From contig NC_135257.1 in NCBI RefSeq assembly GCF_964204865.1, positions 16,926,001 to 16,990,000 on the forward strand: a DNA stretch of 64,000 nucleotides. Direction: 5' to 3'. This stretch comes from Styela clava (taxonomy: Eukaryota). The position numbers were made by a program, and so were the translations under genes. The notes beneath the pieces were generated by a model, which searched no databases, was not told the DNA's origin, and saw nothing but the letters and a program-made list of their open reading frames with translations. Below, one piece after another: positions 36,949-51,900 of this stretch (position 1 is the first letter of the stretch; every line of letters begins with the position of its first letter).

Positions 36949-39900
36949 TCATCCTTTTATATCAGAATTGTCTGCCCGTGATTGAGACATCCACAGATAA
37001 GCTGCCGAATAACAGTAGTTTGGGTCGCACCGCCCAGCAGCTCCGTGAAGTCCCTAAATTAAAAGATATTTTCAACATATTTCTGACAATTTACCGAAGG
37101 TTTGCAAAAATAGATGATGCGAGCCATTAATACAAAATGATTTCAAGTAATTTCGTTCATCTGAGTTTAACAATAACGGCCATCGACAACTTTGCAACGC
37201 AAAAAAGTCTTAGATGTGATTTTCAAATGGTATGATAGTGCTTTGTAATTTGATCTCCGGACCTTACTTTTCTCGGCGCTCTGAAATGTGTGCACCAAGA
37301 TGTCGCACAACCTGAACCCTCACCTGGTACAACTACTATGTTCAGGTTGTGCGCCATCTTGGTGCACATACTTCTGGAGGTCCCTCTTCTCATGAGTCGA
37401 ACTAGCCTGTCTATGTCATTTTAAAGTGTGGAAAAACAATTTAAATGCAATCTTTTTCAAATTATACAGTAATTTTACTATAATGTTGAGTCTTTGAGTC
37501 CTACGTTTAGAATCCTCCACAACAAGAGTTTTCAAACTGGGGTACATGTATTCCCAGATTTACATTTCAATATACTTTTTAACGGGTAAATTAAATTTAG
37601 TATAAGAATGTTCTTTTTATAATCCTCTAATCTGCCTGAAAATATCTTTATCACCTGATGTTAAATACCTTGAAGACTTGAATTTATGAATTCTTTAGGA
37701 AGTAGAAGTTTTAACTACAACTACAGTAACTACCAAGTATACATTCGCAGTTCACAGGACTCTCTTTGTCTAATAACAGCACGTGAGGTCATTTTAGAAG
37801 TGCACGAGCAAATTTATGAATGTCCAAAGGATACCAATAAACAGAAAGTTTGAAAAGCCTGCTTTCTAATCACAAACTCACTTGATAATGAATAGGTAGC
37901 TCAATGAGTCGCAATAAGTATTTTACGGAGATTTTATTTGAAGCTAAAGTGTGAAATATAGAAAAATTACCCTTGCTCCTGGGAGTCCGGGACGTCCACG
38001 CTCGCCAGGTAATCCTACATCTCCTTTGTGTCCTGGTGTTCCATGAACAGTTTCACCAGGAGGACCACGGATTCCTGGTATTCCTTGCGTACCTGGTATC
38101 CCATATCCGTGGCTTCCCCGTTCTCCTCTTTCACCTTTGGGACCTGAAGTATGAGTCGGTATTCGGTTATTTTAGTTTTTACATCATTGGTGAAGCGACT
38201 AATAGATAATAGAAAAAAAAACGAGGAGAGAAGAACGATCACCGATCAATAGTCAACTTACCGTGAATTGTGGAAATTATTATAAATACTCAATGACGTC
38301 AATTGAGCTATCTTAGATAAGCCAGGCTTGTCCATGGGACATATTTTTCTCTCCCATTCCCATCCCACCTACAGCAATTATGCCTGTCCCATCCCATCTC
38401 ATGGGATTCCCATTGGAATACAATTCAATAAAAATTGTTAAATTTAGGTTTAGCGACTACTAAATAGGACTACCTGTACAAAAAGACATGCAAAACAACA
38501 AAATTTACTGACTTCGTTAACTTTATATTCACAATTACTATACATGTTTCCATCGGCCCCTTCACGAAGTATATTGTTAATGTTGAATATATTTTGCTCT
38601 TTATAACCGACAAGATAGTTATGCTCAAATATATGAACACGAAGTTTATAACAAGTGTTTTATCATCATTTCCCGAAAAATCATACGGTTTTCGTGTCCC
38701 ATGGGAAGTACAAATGTGTGCTGTCCCATCCAATCTCATCCCATGGGACGTTTCCCATAGGAATCCCATTCCCACGAACAAGCCTGTAGGAACCTATGTA
38801 TTTTGCCATTTCAAAACGATATGAACAAATATAAATATATACGTATTTTAACCTCTTTGTCCAACGGGGCCAACTTCTCCAACTGGTCCTTGCATTCCAC
38901 GCGGCCCAGGTATTCCTTGTAGTCCAGATTGACCACGTGCACCTTGTATCCCAATACTCCCTGACAACCCACGAGAACCTTTTGGTCCTCGATACATCTC
39001 TGTGAAGGTTGAGCTTTCTAACAGCATCGTTACTATTCGGGGCACTTCTCCTACAATCAAATAAATTGGTATTTATTTATAAATGAAATATATTGAGATA
39101 ATGGACAGGTAATTGATACAAGCATTTACGCACAGTCAGTTTGAATCTGACCGGTATTGCCTTCTATAGTATTCACTCAAGTCCTTTTACGTGGTTTTGC
39201 ACTTTTAGGACTTTGCAACATTGGCGTTCGTGAATGCAAAAAAGAATAATGATATTTAAAACGATCGGAGAGCTTATTACTATATCGAAACAAGCCAATA
39301 GTAAAATTTATGAAACAAATTAAACACAGAACATTTAATCCCGATCTTACGCTTTCTCTTTTTTATCACACCTCATGGCAAACTTATATAAAGTTTTTAA
39401 AATCGTTTATGCAAGACGCAGCTGTAACAAATATATGGATAGAACTTACGATTAATCATGTTTCGACATTCTGTTTGTGCGATGGTTTCCATTCTGGCAT
39501 CTGATGCTGCCTAAGATTCAAAACATTTATATCAAAGAGATTCATTACTATAAGAAACAACAAAAACTGAATTCTTGTCTAGTGCTGGTATTGCAGTCAA
39601 TGAAAATTACAGAAATGTTGGGAGGCCGAGCAATAGTATGAGTGATAAAGGTGTATTGGCATTCATTACACTAAAGCTTGTAATATTAAATTTTCACAAA
39701 CCAAATATTGAGGTTATATGAATAAAACAAAACGATAGCTAATGATCATGAATCAGTATTTAAAAAAATTTGCATGAAGACCCGGGTTGTCCAAGGTAGT
39801 CGACTACGGGGGCCACAAAATTATTTTTTCATTGTTCGCGAGCCACAATAGTGCCAAGAAAAGGTAAACAGTGCAATGCAAAACAAACACTTTTATTGTG

Positions 39901-42900
39901 CAAACACATTGATCAATATTTGTCATTTATCAAATTAACAAGCAAAAACCACCAAAAAACATACTAAAACTTGCAAAGTCTTCTTATATCTAAATTTAGT
40001 GCATGATTTCAAACTCTACATAATGGAAAAAGTGCTTTCGGACATCGATTTTCAAAGCAAAATCTTAACTTTTGAAAATGCTCACAAGCTTCTAAAATGC
40101 CGTTATAAATTATATTTTTTTGTCACCGACACAACTTGCCAACATATTATGCATTGTGGTATTTTCCCTCCCACATCCAGTTAAAAACCTGTTTGAATTC
40201 GTCACCTTTCCTTTCAAACTCATGTTTACAAAATCACTTACATGTAACTGCAGATTGATAGATTACCGAATGTGAGGTACAGGATGTGGTTCCGACATAT
40301 AAGCAGCATTTTTTGTAATACTGTTTATGATGGTTGCAAAAAACACCAGGCATGATTTATGTTGTTAGGCCACAACATTAATATTTAGTTATCTGGCATA
40401 GCCAACCTAAGCTAATAGAATCCGCATTCAATTTTTACTTTTCTATGATGCCAAAATTGTTAGCATATATCCCAGACCAAAAAGATAGAAGGCCAGATAA
40501 CAATTTATACTGCCAAGCACATAATTCAACTTTGCTAGTTGCCTCAGCTACTCATAACAATAGTCAATTCAGTGACATTAGTGATGTAACAATAAGTCAA
40601 ACAATTTTCTGGTTGATTTTATGGTGGAAAAACACCAAATACGATTTTTTTCTGCGGGCCACAGATAATGAAGCCTTGGGCCACATGTGGACCCCCCTAA
40701 ATTGTAGACGCATAAAAATGCCATAAAAAATTCGATGCTTGGCAGAATTCCTCACAATACCACTTTTGTTTAAAAAAACATGCATTCTATTTACCATCCC
40801 GAACGCTTTCTGGCCGCGTATACTTTGACCAGATGATATCCCAGGTAATCCAGGAGGACCTGGCGGTCCAGGTGGTCCACGGGGGCCAGTAGCTCCTATT
40901 CCACTTCCTGCTGCACCGGCACCTCCACCGGGAGGTCCGGCCGGTCCCACATCACCCTGAATAAAAAAAGGATATTTTAAAACCCTTCAAAATAATTGAA
41001 GTATATTGAAATACTTTTCATTTTTGTATACACTTCGTGGTCGCCATTTTTTGTCTTATTAATGGAACTAACATTTCTTTCAGAACCACCGAGGGCGCAC
41101 GAGTACAGTCGGAATTCATTTGCTTTTCAGCTGTGTTAAGATAGGGATGTAACTGTTATTGTAATGTGATATTATTACCGATTAAAATCGATAAGTGACA
41201 ACCTACCTTTTCGCCTTTGCTACCGGGTACTCCACGAAATCCATCTAGACCCTGAACAAAAATGTTTATTATTGAATTATTTTTTTTTTCAAACCTGACC
41301 AAATAAAATGTTCAACTTTTTCTCAATATAGCTCAAGCAGGTTTTGATTTACATTTAGTATAAATATTGATATTTAATCCAACAGTACAATCGCTTTTTT
41401 AAATGCTTCAATGATTTGATTAAAGTTTCTAGGCAACTTGCCTTAGAACCCTTTTCACCACTTAATCCTTGTGGGCCAGAGGGACCTGCTGGACCAATTG
41501 GTCCAGGAGGGCAATTGCATTCCTCTTTTTGTATGATAATCCCAGTCGTTCCTCCACCTCCACCTGCTGATGATGGTACTTTTTCTTCTAAGTCAAGCTT
41601 TGGAGTGGATTCAGGGGCATCGATAACTTCTCCGATGCACTGAAAATACATTTTAAAATGATTATTCTTTACCCTAATGCAGTGAAGGCTAGAAACACAA
41701 ACAACTGATAGCGATTATATTGCCTTGTTAAATGTATATTAGCACCTTTATTACAAAAACTTCCAAAACGTTTAGTAGTTTGATGCAGGTCGAATTTATT
41801 AAAATCTGGATTTAAAATTCTTTGCATTTTCACTGCAAGCACAAGACACTTCTTTTATGCAAGTTTTTCTCCGGTAAATTTCGAAATTTCAATTAAATGT
41901 GGAAAGAATAGTGTGGATACATAAATGCAGGTTGCAGCTGACGAGCTATGAACTTTATATGGGTTTATCTTTGCAACGAGACGCCAGTCAATAACGATTT
42001 TTTTCAACTCACCTCTTTCCCTTTATATCCCTTCACGTCACAACAGCCTTCCATATAATTTTGAATTTCACCGCCTGATCCGCATAATATGTCGAGTCGT
42101 TGAATATCGAACTAAACAAAATTGAAAAGAACTAGTGATAAGTAATTGATAAATATAACTGAATACTAGAGTGTTAAATATGTTGCCCTGTTCTTCTTAT
42201 GTATGGTATATTCACAACTTAAATTGATTTTAAAAGTTATTGCCTGATTTTACATCGTATTTGTTGATTTATCTTGTGTTTCACTGATTTTGGTTATCGA
42301 GCGCGTACTCGTATGTTTTTAGTTACAAGTTTTGATGGCTTTCTAGGTACTATCTCTGCATTTTCATTGTCTGTTTGTTATTGTCATATACAACTCACAA
42401 TGCAAAGATACTTGTTAAAGGGGAAATGGTGTCAGAAGTATGGATATAAAAAATAGAACGAAAAATGAAAAAAAACGAAAATTGGGAAGTTTTTTGTAGT
42501 AACAATCAGGATTACAAAATTTGGCTATTTGTAGTTTATTTTTAAAAAAGACAAAATATAATTGAGTGTTTATATTTGATCATGATCGAAATGTCCAGTT
42601 TCGTGTATCACCGATGATTCGCAAAATTCGACAGTGTGTTTGAAATTACGTTGATTATGCATTTAAAAACATTCGAACAAAATAATAAATATATAAAAAA
42701 AACATGAAGTGCGTAGTTGAAGCTTACTGAAGCTGATTTTTTACTGCTGAAAGATTTTCCAATTCTTGCGATTCCATGTTTCGTTATTCCAACGTTGTTT
42801 GCTCGAAATGATTGCCTGAAGAAAATTTCAGTATTTGGTCAAATGCTCAATATATAAATGCACATTATTGCATTTGGCGATGTTACTAATAGTATCACAC

Positions 42901-45900
42901 ACGGTTGTCGCAGATTCCTAATTTGTTTATGTATGAAAACTGTATACTCTCTTGGTAGTTTCATATCTTTTAAAGTTTAAACAATACATGAAAGGTATGA
43001 GTCCCAGATACCCTAATTATTTTTACAATTGGAAATTGAAGTTTGGTCGCCCTGTAAATTTAATTTTCATCTAATATTTATTTTGTATTGAATTCCCCAT
43101 TATTATAGATTGAATATGCTAAATTGGCTATACAATAAATAATAAAAATATCAACAGAATTTCATTTCTGCGTGGTTGCCAATATTGAATACGTTTCCAA
43201 ACTTTTTCGGTTCGCGAACCCTTTTTACTGCCACTTTTATTATCTTTATTTATTTTTATAAAACTCACTACATAAAGATAAAGTTGGGTTGAATGTGACT
43301 TTTCCCTTCTGCTTTTATTAACTGCAGTTACATTTATATTCTTCTGGGTACAATAATACCAAAATAATACTGTTTGGTGTGTAATCGTGGCTTAAAATTC
43401 ACCCATACACACCAAGAACTGGTTTAGAGGTTCTACGTTGTTTCAAGCCATGAATTGGAGCCATGTGCCCCAATTACCATAACTAAATCGCAATCGTTAT
43501 TGAACACGAAATGAAACGATGGATCTTTTAATACTATACTGTTTTTTCTGAAATAAATCGCCTTTCTCTTGAACTACTGGGCCAATTGCTTTGAGATTTT
43601 CGGGGATTGAAGCTTGTTTTACAAATACGAATCAAAGTTTCGGTAATCTTCGGTTTACTTTTCACATTATATATATTTTATATATATAAACTTTTCGGTT
43701 TGCGACCTACTCTAATTACTTTTATTTATTTTTGTAAAACTTGCACTCCAAGAATTGGTTTAGAGGGTTTTAATTTCTTCGAAATTTTTGGTGGCTAAAG
43801 CTTGTTTTACGAATACGAATCAAAGTTTCGGTAATCTTCGGTTTACTTTTCTAATTATATATATTTTAACTTGAAATCCCCGTTTTAATATACTATACTT
43901 ACCTCCCTGCTTTTTGGCAGTTTATATAAAGATCCACAAAATCCCCGCTGAATAAAAATTGTAGCTTATGCCAATCTCTGTTTGACAATGAATCAACTCT
44001 AGGACCTCGAAATACAGCAATTTCTGGAGGACTTGATGCTCTGAAAAAAATAGTTAAACTCAACGTCGTTTCTAACGTTATATAGTAAATAATATTTACA
44101 CGCCATAAATTGTGACAGTGGTTTCCAAGCTTTTTCAATATATTTCTGGGATAGCTTATAATGTGGTCATAAATATTTTATACAATGATACTAAATAAGT
44201 AAAAAAAAGTTAATGAAACTACACCGAATTTATACAAAATAATATATATTTCTTTCTTTCCCGGAAACAACAAAATTTCTCCCTGGTCGGGAAACGATGA
44301 AATAAGATCCTTACAGTACATTGTTATCGATATTTATAACATAGAAAACATAATATAACATAGAAAATTCAAAACTTTACCGCGAAAATGCATTGTTTTA
44401 CCGCAAAAACAACAACAACTGCAAAACAAACTATTTTGGGTCCTCTTGAAATATGCGCACCAAGATGTCGCACAACCTGAACCCTAACCTGGTATACATA
44501 CTGAATTCAGGTTGTGCGCCATCTTGGTGCGCATACTTCAGGAGATCCCTATTTTGTATATTTTAAATCCCAATTTAACCAGTCCAAAATACCTAATATT
44601 ATTGTCTGAGAGCAGTTTTGTAAAACTTACTCAATAAAAATAACGTTAGCTTACAGGATGCCTTTTCCATTCTGCTAATATTAAATGCAGTTAGATTTAG
44701 ATTTTCCCGGCGACAATAATATCAAAATATTACTCTTTGGTGTGTAATTATGGTCTAAAACTCACCCATACACGCCAATCTCGTTGGCATTGCCATCTCG
44801 GTTTATTGAGAATTCAACTGCCTCTGAATCGTCTGTTAATTCGATTAAATGCCATACATCAGATGTTCGTAATTGTTTTCCCATTCGTAGGAGAGCAACG
44901 ACTGAAAAATTAGACGTCGGGAATCCATTTGGAAACACTTCGCTGTAATGTAAGCACGGGCGTTCAGAAAATAATTTGTAATTGCTACTACTAGTACTAC
45001 AGAAAATAATGCTCAGTCGAACCTCAAGGGAGACTGGATCGTTTACAACAGGGGTTTGCAACCTTTATATACACGAGAACCAGAAACAAGTAACTGGATA
45101 AAGCCGCGGGCCGCACTTTCATTTGACATAGGCTTCCTGGTAGTTGCAAATACAAAAATTCTTGGGTATTGATGTTGTGAGATGCGTTGTTTTCTTTGCA
45201 CAAGATCAGATATAGGCATTATAACGCAAAGAAATTGGAATTACTTGCAGATTAAATTAAAATCTCGTTTCGCGGACCGCACACCATTCAAAGTGGCGCT
45301 TCTCCGCGGGCCGCACAAGTTTTCCTCATGGGCCTCATCTGGTCCGCGTAACAAAGGTTGCACACCCCTGGTTGACAGCGAGCTTCCAAATGCTACTTAT
45401 ATCTTGGCTTTTGCTTTTGCTTCCAAGTTTCTTAATTTTTAGTGGAATCATATTTATTCATATTTTATTCTTTGTCGACTTCAAGTCATTTTCAGTCAGT
45501 TTAAAAATTTAAATAAAATATCATTTAAAAATCTTTGGGAAGAAAAAGCTTGATGCTATTATTGGCCCCCTTGCGTTTATTTTACACGTACTCGACATTG
45601 CTCGATGTGAGCAGTTGTATTCCTAATATTGTATTTTTTATAGTTTGTCGAACAAAGCGACAATCCATTTTTATTTACCTATAATGTTACAATGCGGGAA
45701 AATGAAAATATTGACATAAAGGCGTTATGATTGGTAATGAATTGGTAATGAATCAACTCGTGAATGTTCCAACTAACTTTTTCGGTCGAAATGCGCGAGT
45801 CCTTCCTTGAAATCGGTATGATAACGAATCTTCAGCCATTCCTTTTCTCATTTTTAATTTCATTTCATCTGCATTTCCATGGAGATTCATCGATTCCAGT

Positions 45901-48900
45901 AAATTATAACCTGGTGCACAAACAGCATATTGAAATTTAGAATTTTAGGGCTTCAATCTTGCAGGATGACCAAATGCAATTAATTAGGGCGCTGCAGAAA
46001 TGTGTTTACCAATATGTAGGTAACTAATTTTGTTTGCCTACTTTACATCAAGTTGTGTAAAACAAAGGGTCCGAAATCTATGGACAGGGGGGTATATTCA
46101 CTTGGCTAACACAAACAGTTTCGGAACTCGTAATAGAACTAAAATAAAGAAATTCAGAATAAAATTATTGCCTAACCCTAACCTGGTACACAAAATTAAT
46201 ACTAAATAGCAAGGCTGATTGCCAGGTATTTAAATTTCAAAAGTATACAAATGGATTGGTAGAAAAACTACCTAGCAATTTGCGAGACGGTTAACTTGCT
46301 TTTAACTCGTGACAATAAATTACAAATATATATAAATTGCTACATACCGTGTCTTCCAGATGTGCCAGACATTCTTGGACAGAACACAGCACCTGCGAAT
46401 GAAAATAATTTGTATTCAATAATTTTGAAATAAATCTTGGAGGTTCAAATACAAAATGCAGGAATAAAACCTACTATATTACGACCCACTGTATTATAAG
46501 AAATGCTCATAAACTCTGGGAATTTCAAGAATACTCGCTGTAACGTACATAAACAATACCGGCAGCAAATAATCCTTAAATCGGACCTACTTTCCGTCGG
46601 AGTTACTTCTTTAAACACAAAACAAATTAATAGTAAAGTTGAGAAAATGTTTAATCGAAGTCTGTCAGTGCAATTTCACTGCTTTGCTCCAATTGCTGCC
46701 AACAGTGGGACAGAATGTTTAGCGGCCGGTTAAGCCTGATAATACACTAAGAAAAGTAAGAGCCAATCTCTCATGAATAAAAGTTTCTAATTTAAACTCA
46801 CCTCTACATAGACGTTCGATTACTTTTGCTGGAACTCCTGATAGATCTTCATATGAATCAACCGATATTTCATAAGAACTATCTTGGGGTAACGTTTCTG
46901 TTGTGTCTCCTTCGACTTCAAAATCGTCGATGATTGAAAAACTAGGAATATCTCTGACTACTATTTTTATCACATCAATCCCGGATTCGGAAAGCTACGA
47001 AAACAAAAATCAATCGTTAAACTCTGAACGTTAATGCTATTGTACAGTTATTTTTAGCGTGTAGTCGAACAAGGTTTTGGAAAGGCTGCGAAACACTTTT
47101 GTGGTTACTCTCGTCACCTCTCCAGGAATTTAATTAATGGCAGATTATGAAGAAACTAATAATCTTTACATTGGCTGAGTTAATTGCACCCTGTGTTAGG
47201 CGCTACGTTTAGGCTAATGCTAGCGGTTCCCAGCCGTGTCCACAAGGCTAGGCGCAAAACTGATTTTACTTTCACTTTACAAAGAAAACTCCCCGTTCTT
47301 CCTAATTGCATTGCTTGATAGGGTTATTTTCACTTTGTTGAGCACGAATTGTTTGAACATGATGATATTTGGAATTTGGGGCCACGAGTCCTAAATGATT
47401 AGGAACCACTGAGTTAATTTATGAACTAACGAAACATCTGTTCATGCACCTAACACAAATAACCGGTCACCTATTCCAACATGGACGAAAGGCCGTGGTT
47501 TGTCATAGGGTTAAGCCGTCTTTTCGGATTTCATCTCCCGGTGATAAATATGAAAGTGCCATCCTATAACATTCTACGCCAACTAGTAAGTTATATTCGA
47601 TTCTCATCAACTCAATAATGTATTAATATTATCTGTATTATTATTTTGTTGTATTGTACCTAAGTGTAATAAATCCATTAAAAGTACCCATCTTACATTT
47701 GTAGTGTCGATGACTTCATCAAATTCAAAAGCTCCATCTCCATCCGTAACAAGAAAAACAGTCTTTGGCACGTTATATCGATCACCTGTGACGTCATCAA
47801 ACCCTTGTTCTACAATTATATTAAGAGCTTGCAACGCGTCCACAGTAGCTAATTCCATAGGAATGCGTGATAAAATGATCCGTACATTGCCTTCATTTAT
47901 TTTCTGAATTCAAATAAAAAATAAGTTTGTTTTGAACAGATCAACATGAGGTAATCATCCTAATTACTTGTGGGATATCGTCCCAAACTTGTATTCAAAC
48001 CATCAATAGTTTTTATGTCACGTCGACATTTTATGTCACCATGGAGTTATAGTGAGCAAGAAACAGGTTGCTATAAACTACGTTCCAGTGTCCGCCATCT
48101 TGGTTCACATACTTCGAAAGTACCCAAATTCAGTCTCGTTATGTGCGATAATTACCTGCAATCTATAAATTTCGCCTTCTCATATATATATTGGGTTGGT
48201 TGTATATGGTTGTGCCATTGGCGGTATATGCATATTTTATTGGCTGTATAGGCATATGAGTTGTTTATAAATGCATATTTTAAGCTAAATTCATTGTGTT
48301 AATAGCCCCACTTAGAGAGTATACAGTTTTGTCTTGTTTTCTACGTTACCTGCAATCTATATACTTCACTTCCTTCTCCTCTGAGCACCATAGAAAGGAA
48401 TGACGTTGATCCATCTACGCTCATTCCACTCGCGATATTTGACAACATTCGTATTATAAGATTGAACTTATCTTCGTCCATCGTACTAGTATTGTCCACA
48501 ACAAATACCATGCTTGTTTTTGTGTTTTTACATTCTTAATAAAGTATTTCATCTTAATTTCAATAATATAAAGTATTTACAGTTTCGCTATAGATGATTG
48601 CACGGTACTCCTGTAGTATACGAACCAAGATGGCGGACACTAGAACGTAGTATGTGTACCAGGTTAGGGTTAGGCCATAATTTCAGGTACAAATACTACG
48701 GGAGTCACTTGGCTAGTCCCCGAACTCGTTATAGAGCTCAAATATGGAAATTGGAACAAAATTATGGCCCAACCTTAACCTGGTACACATACTGCGTTTC
48801 GGTGTCCGCTATTTTGGTTTGCATACTACAGGAGTACCCATTGCATCACCTAATTACAGTGCCTTTATGACATTACACCAGTTAAACTACATGAAAAAGG

Positions 48901-51900
48901 AGCGATCCCGCTTGAGCATACTTTCATTCGTTTAAATTAAATTCTATTTCAGACAAAATTTTCAGTCGAAACATTTTTTCTGGATAATTTTTTGTGAATT
49001 CCAGTTGCGTGATTATATATATATATATTGTTAAACTTTGGTTGTAAATTATCAAAACAAAACAACAACAAATTTATTCCGAAATACAAAACTAAACTTG
49101 GTTACCTAATTTTGTAATTTCTCGAATGTGTCTTGTCAGAACCGGCCCCAACTTTGCTGCCGCGAACGCATCAGGTACAGCATAAAAATATTCATCTGTT
49201 GGTTTTGTAGTAACCTAAAACAAGAGAAATGGAACGTAAGAAATGTTCCTTCATTTTAATTATGGGCACTAGGTCGTGTTCCAGAAAAGTCTTTCGTAAT
49301 AAGGTTTTATGTCTATAATCTATAAACATTTGTGTTTTGAGACAATGACAAATAAGTTGGCACGTTCTGTTCTTGTAATTGTACTGTGAACGCATTTGTA
49401 TTATCCGTTGTTGTGCAAATGTGACTAAACTCATCCATTCACTCATCATCCAACGATATCCATTTGCTTATAAATAACACGTTTTCCTCCCTCACATGTT
49501 TTAGATTAAACATTTAAAACGTTTACGAGAGACTTCTAGCCATCAACTAGGTCAATTTTTGGGGAAACACGGTAGATCTTAGATGACTCAGAGATGAGTT
49601 ACATCAGAGTGAATAATTGAATGCACACATTTGCACATATCCTTGCTTTGAACGAATTATCCCCCTCTAAAATTCGTCTTAACGTGTTTAGAGATTTGTG
49701 ATTTGAAAAAAACTTCCATTGCTATTTCTTTTTCCTTTTATTGGATACATGACTTACAAGATAATTAAATAGAATTTACAATTGAATAGGAATTGCAATG
49801 TATATAAAATACCGTTTCCAGTTGAGTAAGGCTTGCTGTCCTTCCGAGACTTATTCCGAATACGTAAACTCCCAATTCAGCCAAGGCTGATGCTGAATGA
49901 AACGAACTATCGCTGGTTGGATTCGACATAATTATTAGTAAGACCTGAAAATGAAGTTTATTGGTTTGAATAGAAATTGAAAATCGTTTTATAAGATAGC
50001 TCTAAAGATTGTTTATTCATTTTCTCAATCGAAAAATACTCGAAACAAGAAACGAAGTCTTTTTTTTGTGTGATGGTTTTCAAAGTTACCTTTACTTGTT
50101 GTGCGAACTTGGGTATCATCATCATCAATGAGTTACGCATCTCTAATAAGTTTAGTTTTTAAATTACAGCAATTCCTTTATAAGCAATGAATTAACGGCT
50201 AACATCCCAATGACGTGCTGCGCGAGTAAGATAAGGTTATTTTTTCGTACCTCGGCTTGGAAAATCATTGGGTCGGAGTATATTCTGCTTGAAATCTTAT
50301 TTCTGGTTTTGCATTACTTGTTAACATAGTGCTTTGTGAAAGCGAGTGAAATATGACGAGATCGAGCCTTTGTACCGTAAGGTCAGCCCCAAATTTATAC
50401 AGGGTTTCAATAACAAGGGCACAAGAAGTAAAACATTTCAATTTTAGTAAAAACTTCCGATTTCGGCTCACGCGTTTCTTCTGTACCAATTAACACACAG
50501 TCAGGTTGAACCAACATATCGCAATAGACAGGCGCATGGCTCGGTAGCGAATCTTCAGTTTAATGGAAAATTGCTCGTTGGTCATGAGACTGCCCACCTA
50601 TATGCATCCATGAGCTTGTTCCAAGCTGAGAGGCGTGTGAACACCACAAACTTTTTCTTGCGAAGTTCATATTCAAAAGTGAGTTTCATTACATTTTTAT
50701 TATTTGCATTTCTTACCTTTTTAGCCTGACTACGACTTGTATCTTTAAGGAACATCTCAGTGACGTGGTCAAGTGCAAGACCTAGTTTTACTGACAATCG
50801 ATAATCTTTGGATTCGTAAGACTTTTCCATCGCGATGAGTAATTCGGTGATGTTCGTTGAAAACGGCAAAATTGTTCTTGACAAATCAAATGTATAGAAA
50901 ATATTATACACACCAGAACTAGAGATGTATTGGTATCGGAAATATCGGCCATTTTGTCGATATTTGCCAATCTACAATCAGAACCAGAGAACTACGAAAT
51001 ATCTACTACAAATTTAAATAAATTACCTCATTTGTACCTAGTGAAAATATATTTATATCATCAAATATGTGAGCCATAAAAATTCCGTACTCCCGTATAG
51101 TATGTGTACCAGATTAGGGTTAGGCCAGAGTTTTATTCCGATTATGTTTATTTTAGTTCTATTACGAGTTCGGAGAATGTCTGTGTTAGCTAAGTGAATA
51201 TACCTCCGTCAAATAGGTTTCAGTCCCTTTACACAATTTGATATAAAGTAGGCGAATAAAATTTGTTACCCCCATATTGGTACACACACTTCTGAAGCGC
51301 CAAAAATTCAACTCATAGGCGAGGGGGTCAGTCACCAAATCGAGTTGTAACATTGAAATATTCTCACTCCCTGAAAACATAAGTATCTCTTTCCATTTCA
51401 GTGGCCTCAATAAAAATTGAAGCAAACCTCAGAGTTGATAGGATGTTTAAATGAAATAAGAACGCGGTAGGTTCAGAGTTCAGACATTGAATAACATTGA
51501 TTGTATTCTTTATTGTTTTGATGATAGAATTTGATCTATAAATAATGCTCATAATTCCTGATAAGCCACATGAAAGACAGTTTTTGTCGATGGCGCCCCG
51601 ACAATTGTTTTATGAATGTTTGCCTAATCTATTTTTGATTAATCAAGTCTTCGAGATCTTTTGTAAGTGTTATACAGCTGATGAACAGCACACTAATCAT
51701 AAATTGATAAAGCACGACGGACGTTATATAGAAACGCCCACTTGGTAAATACTTCAGTTTTGACCTTTTCTGCGTGGGCAAACACAAAGTCAATATAGTA
51801 ATAGACTTTAAAACACTATAATATAACCAGATAATACTGCATATTCTAAAGAGCTTCCGTCCCTGTTTGAATTTAATAATACTTTCTAAAAATATCTCTT

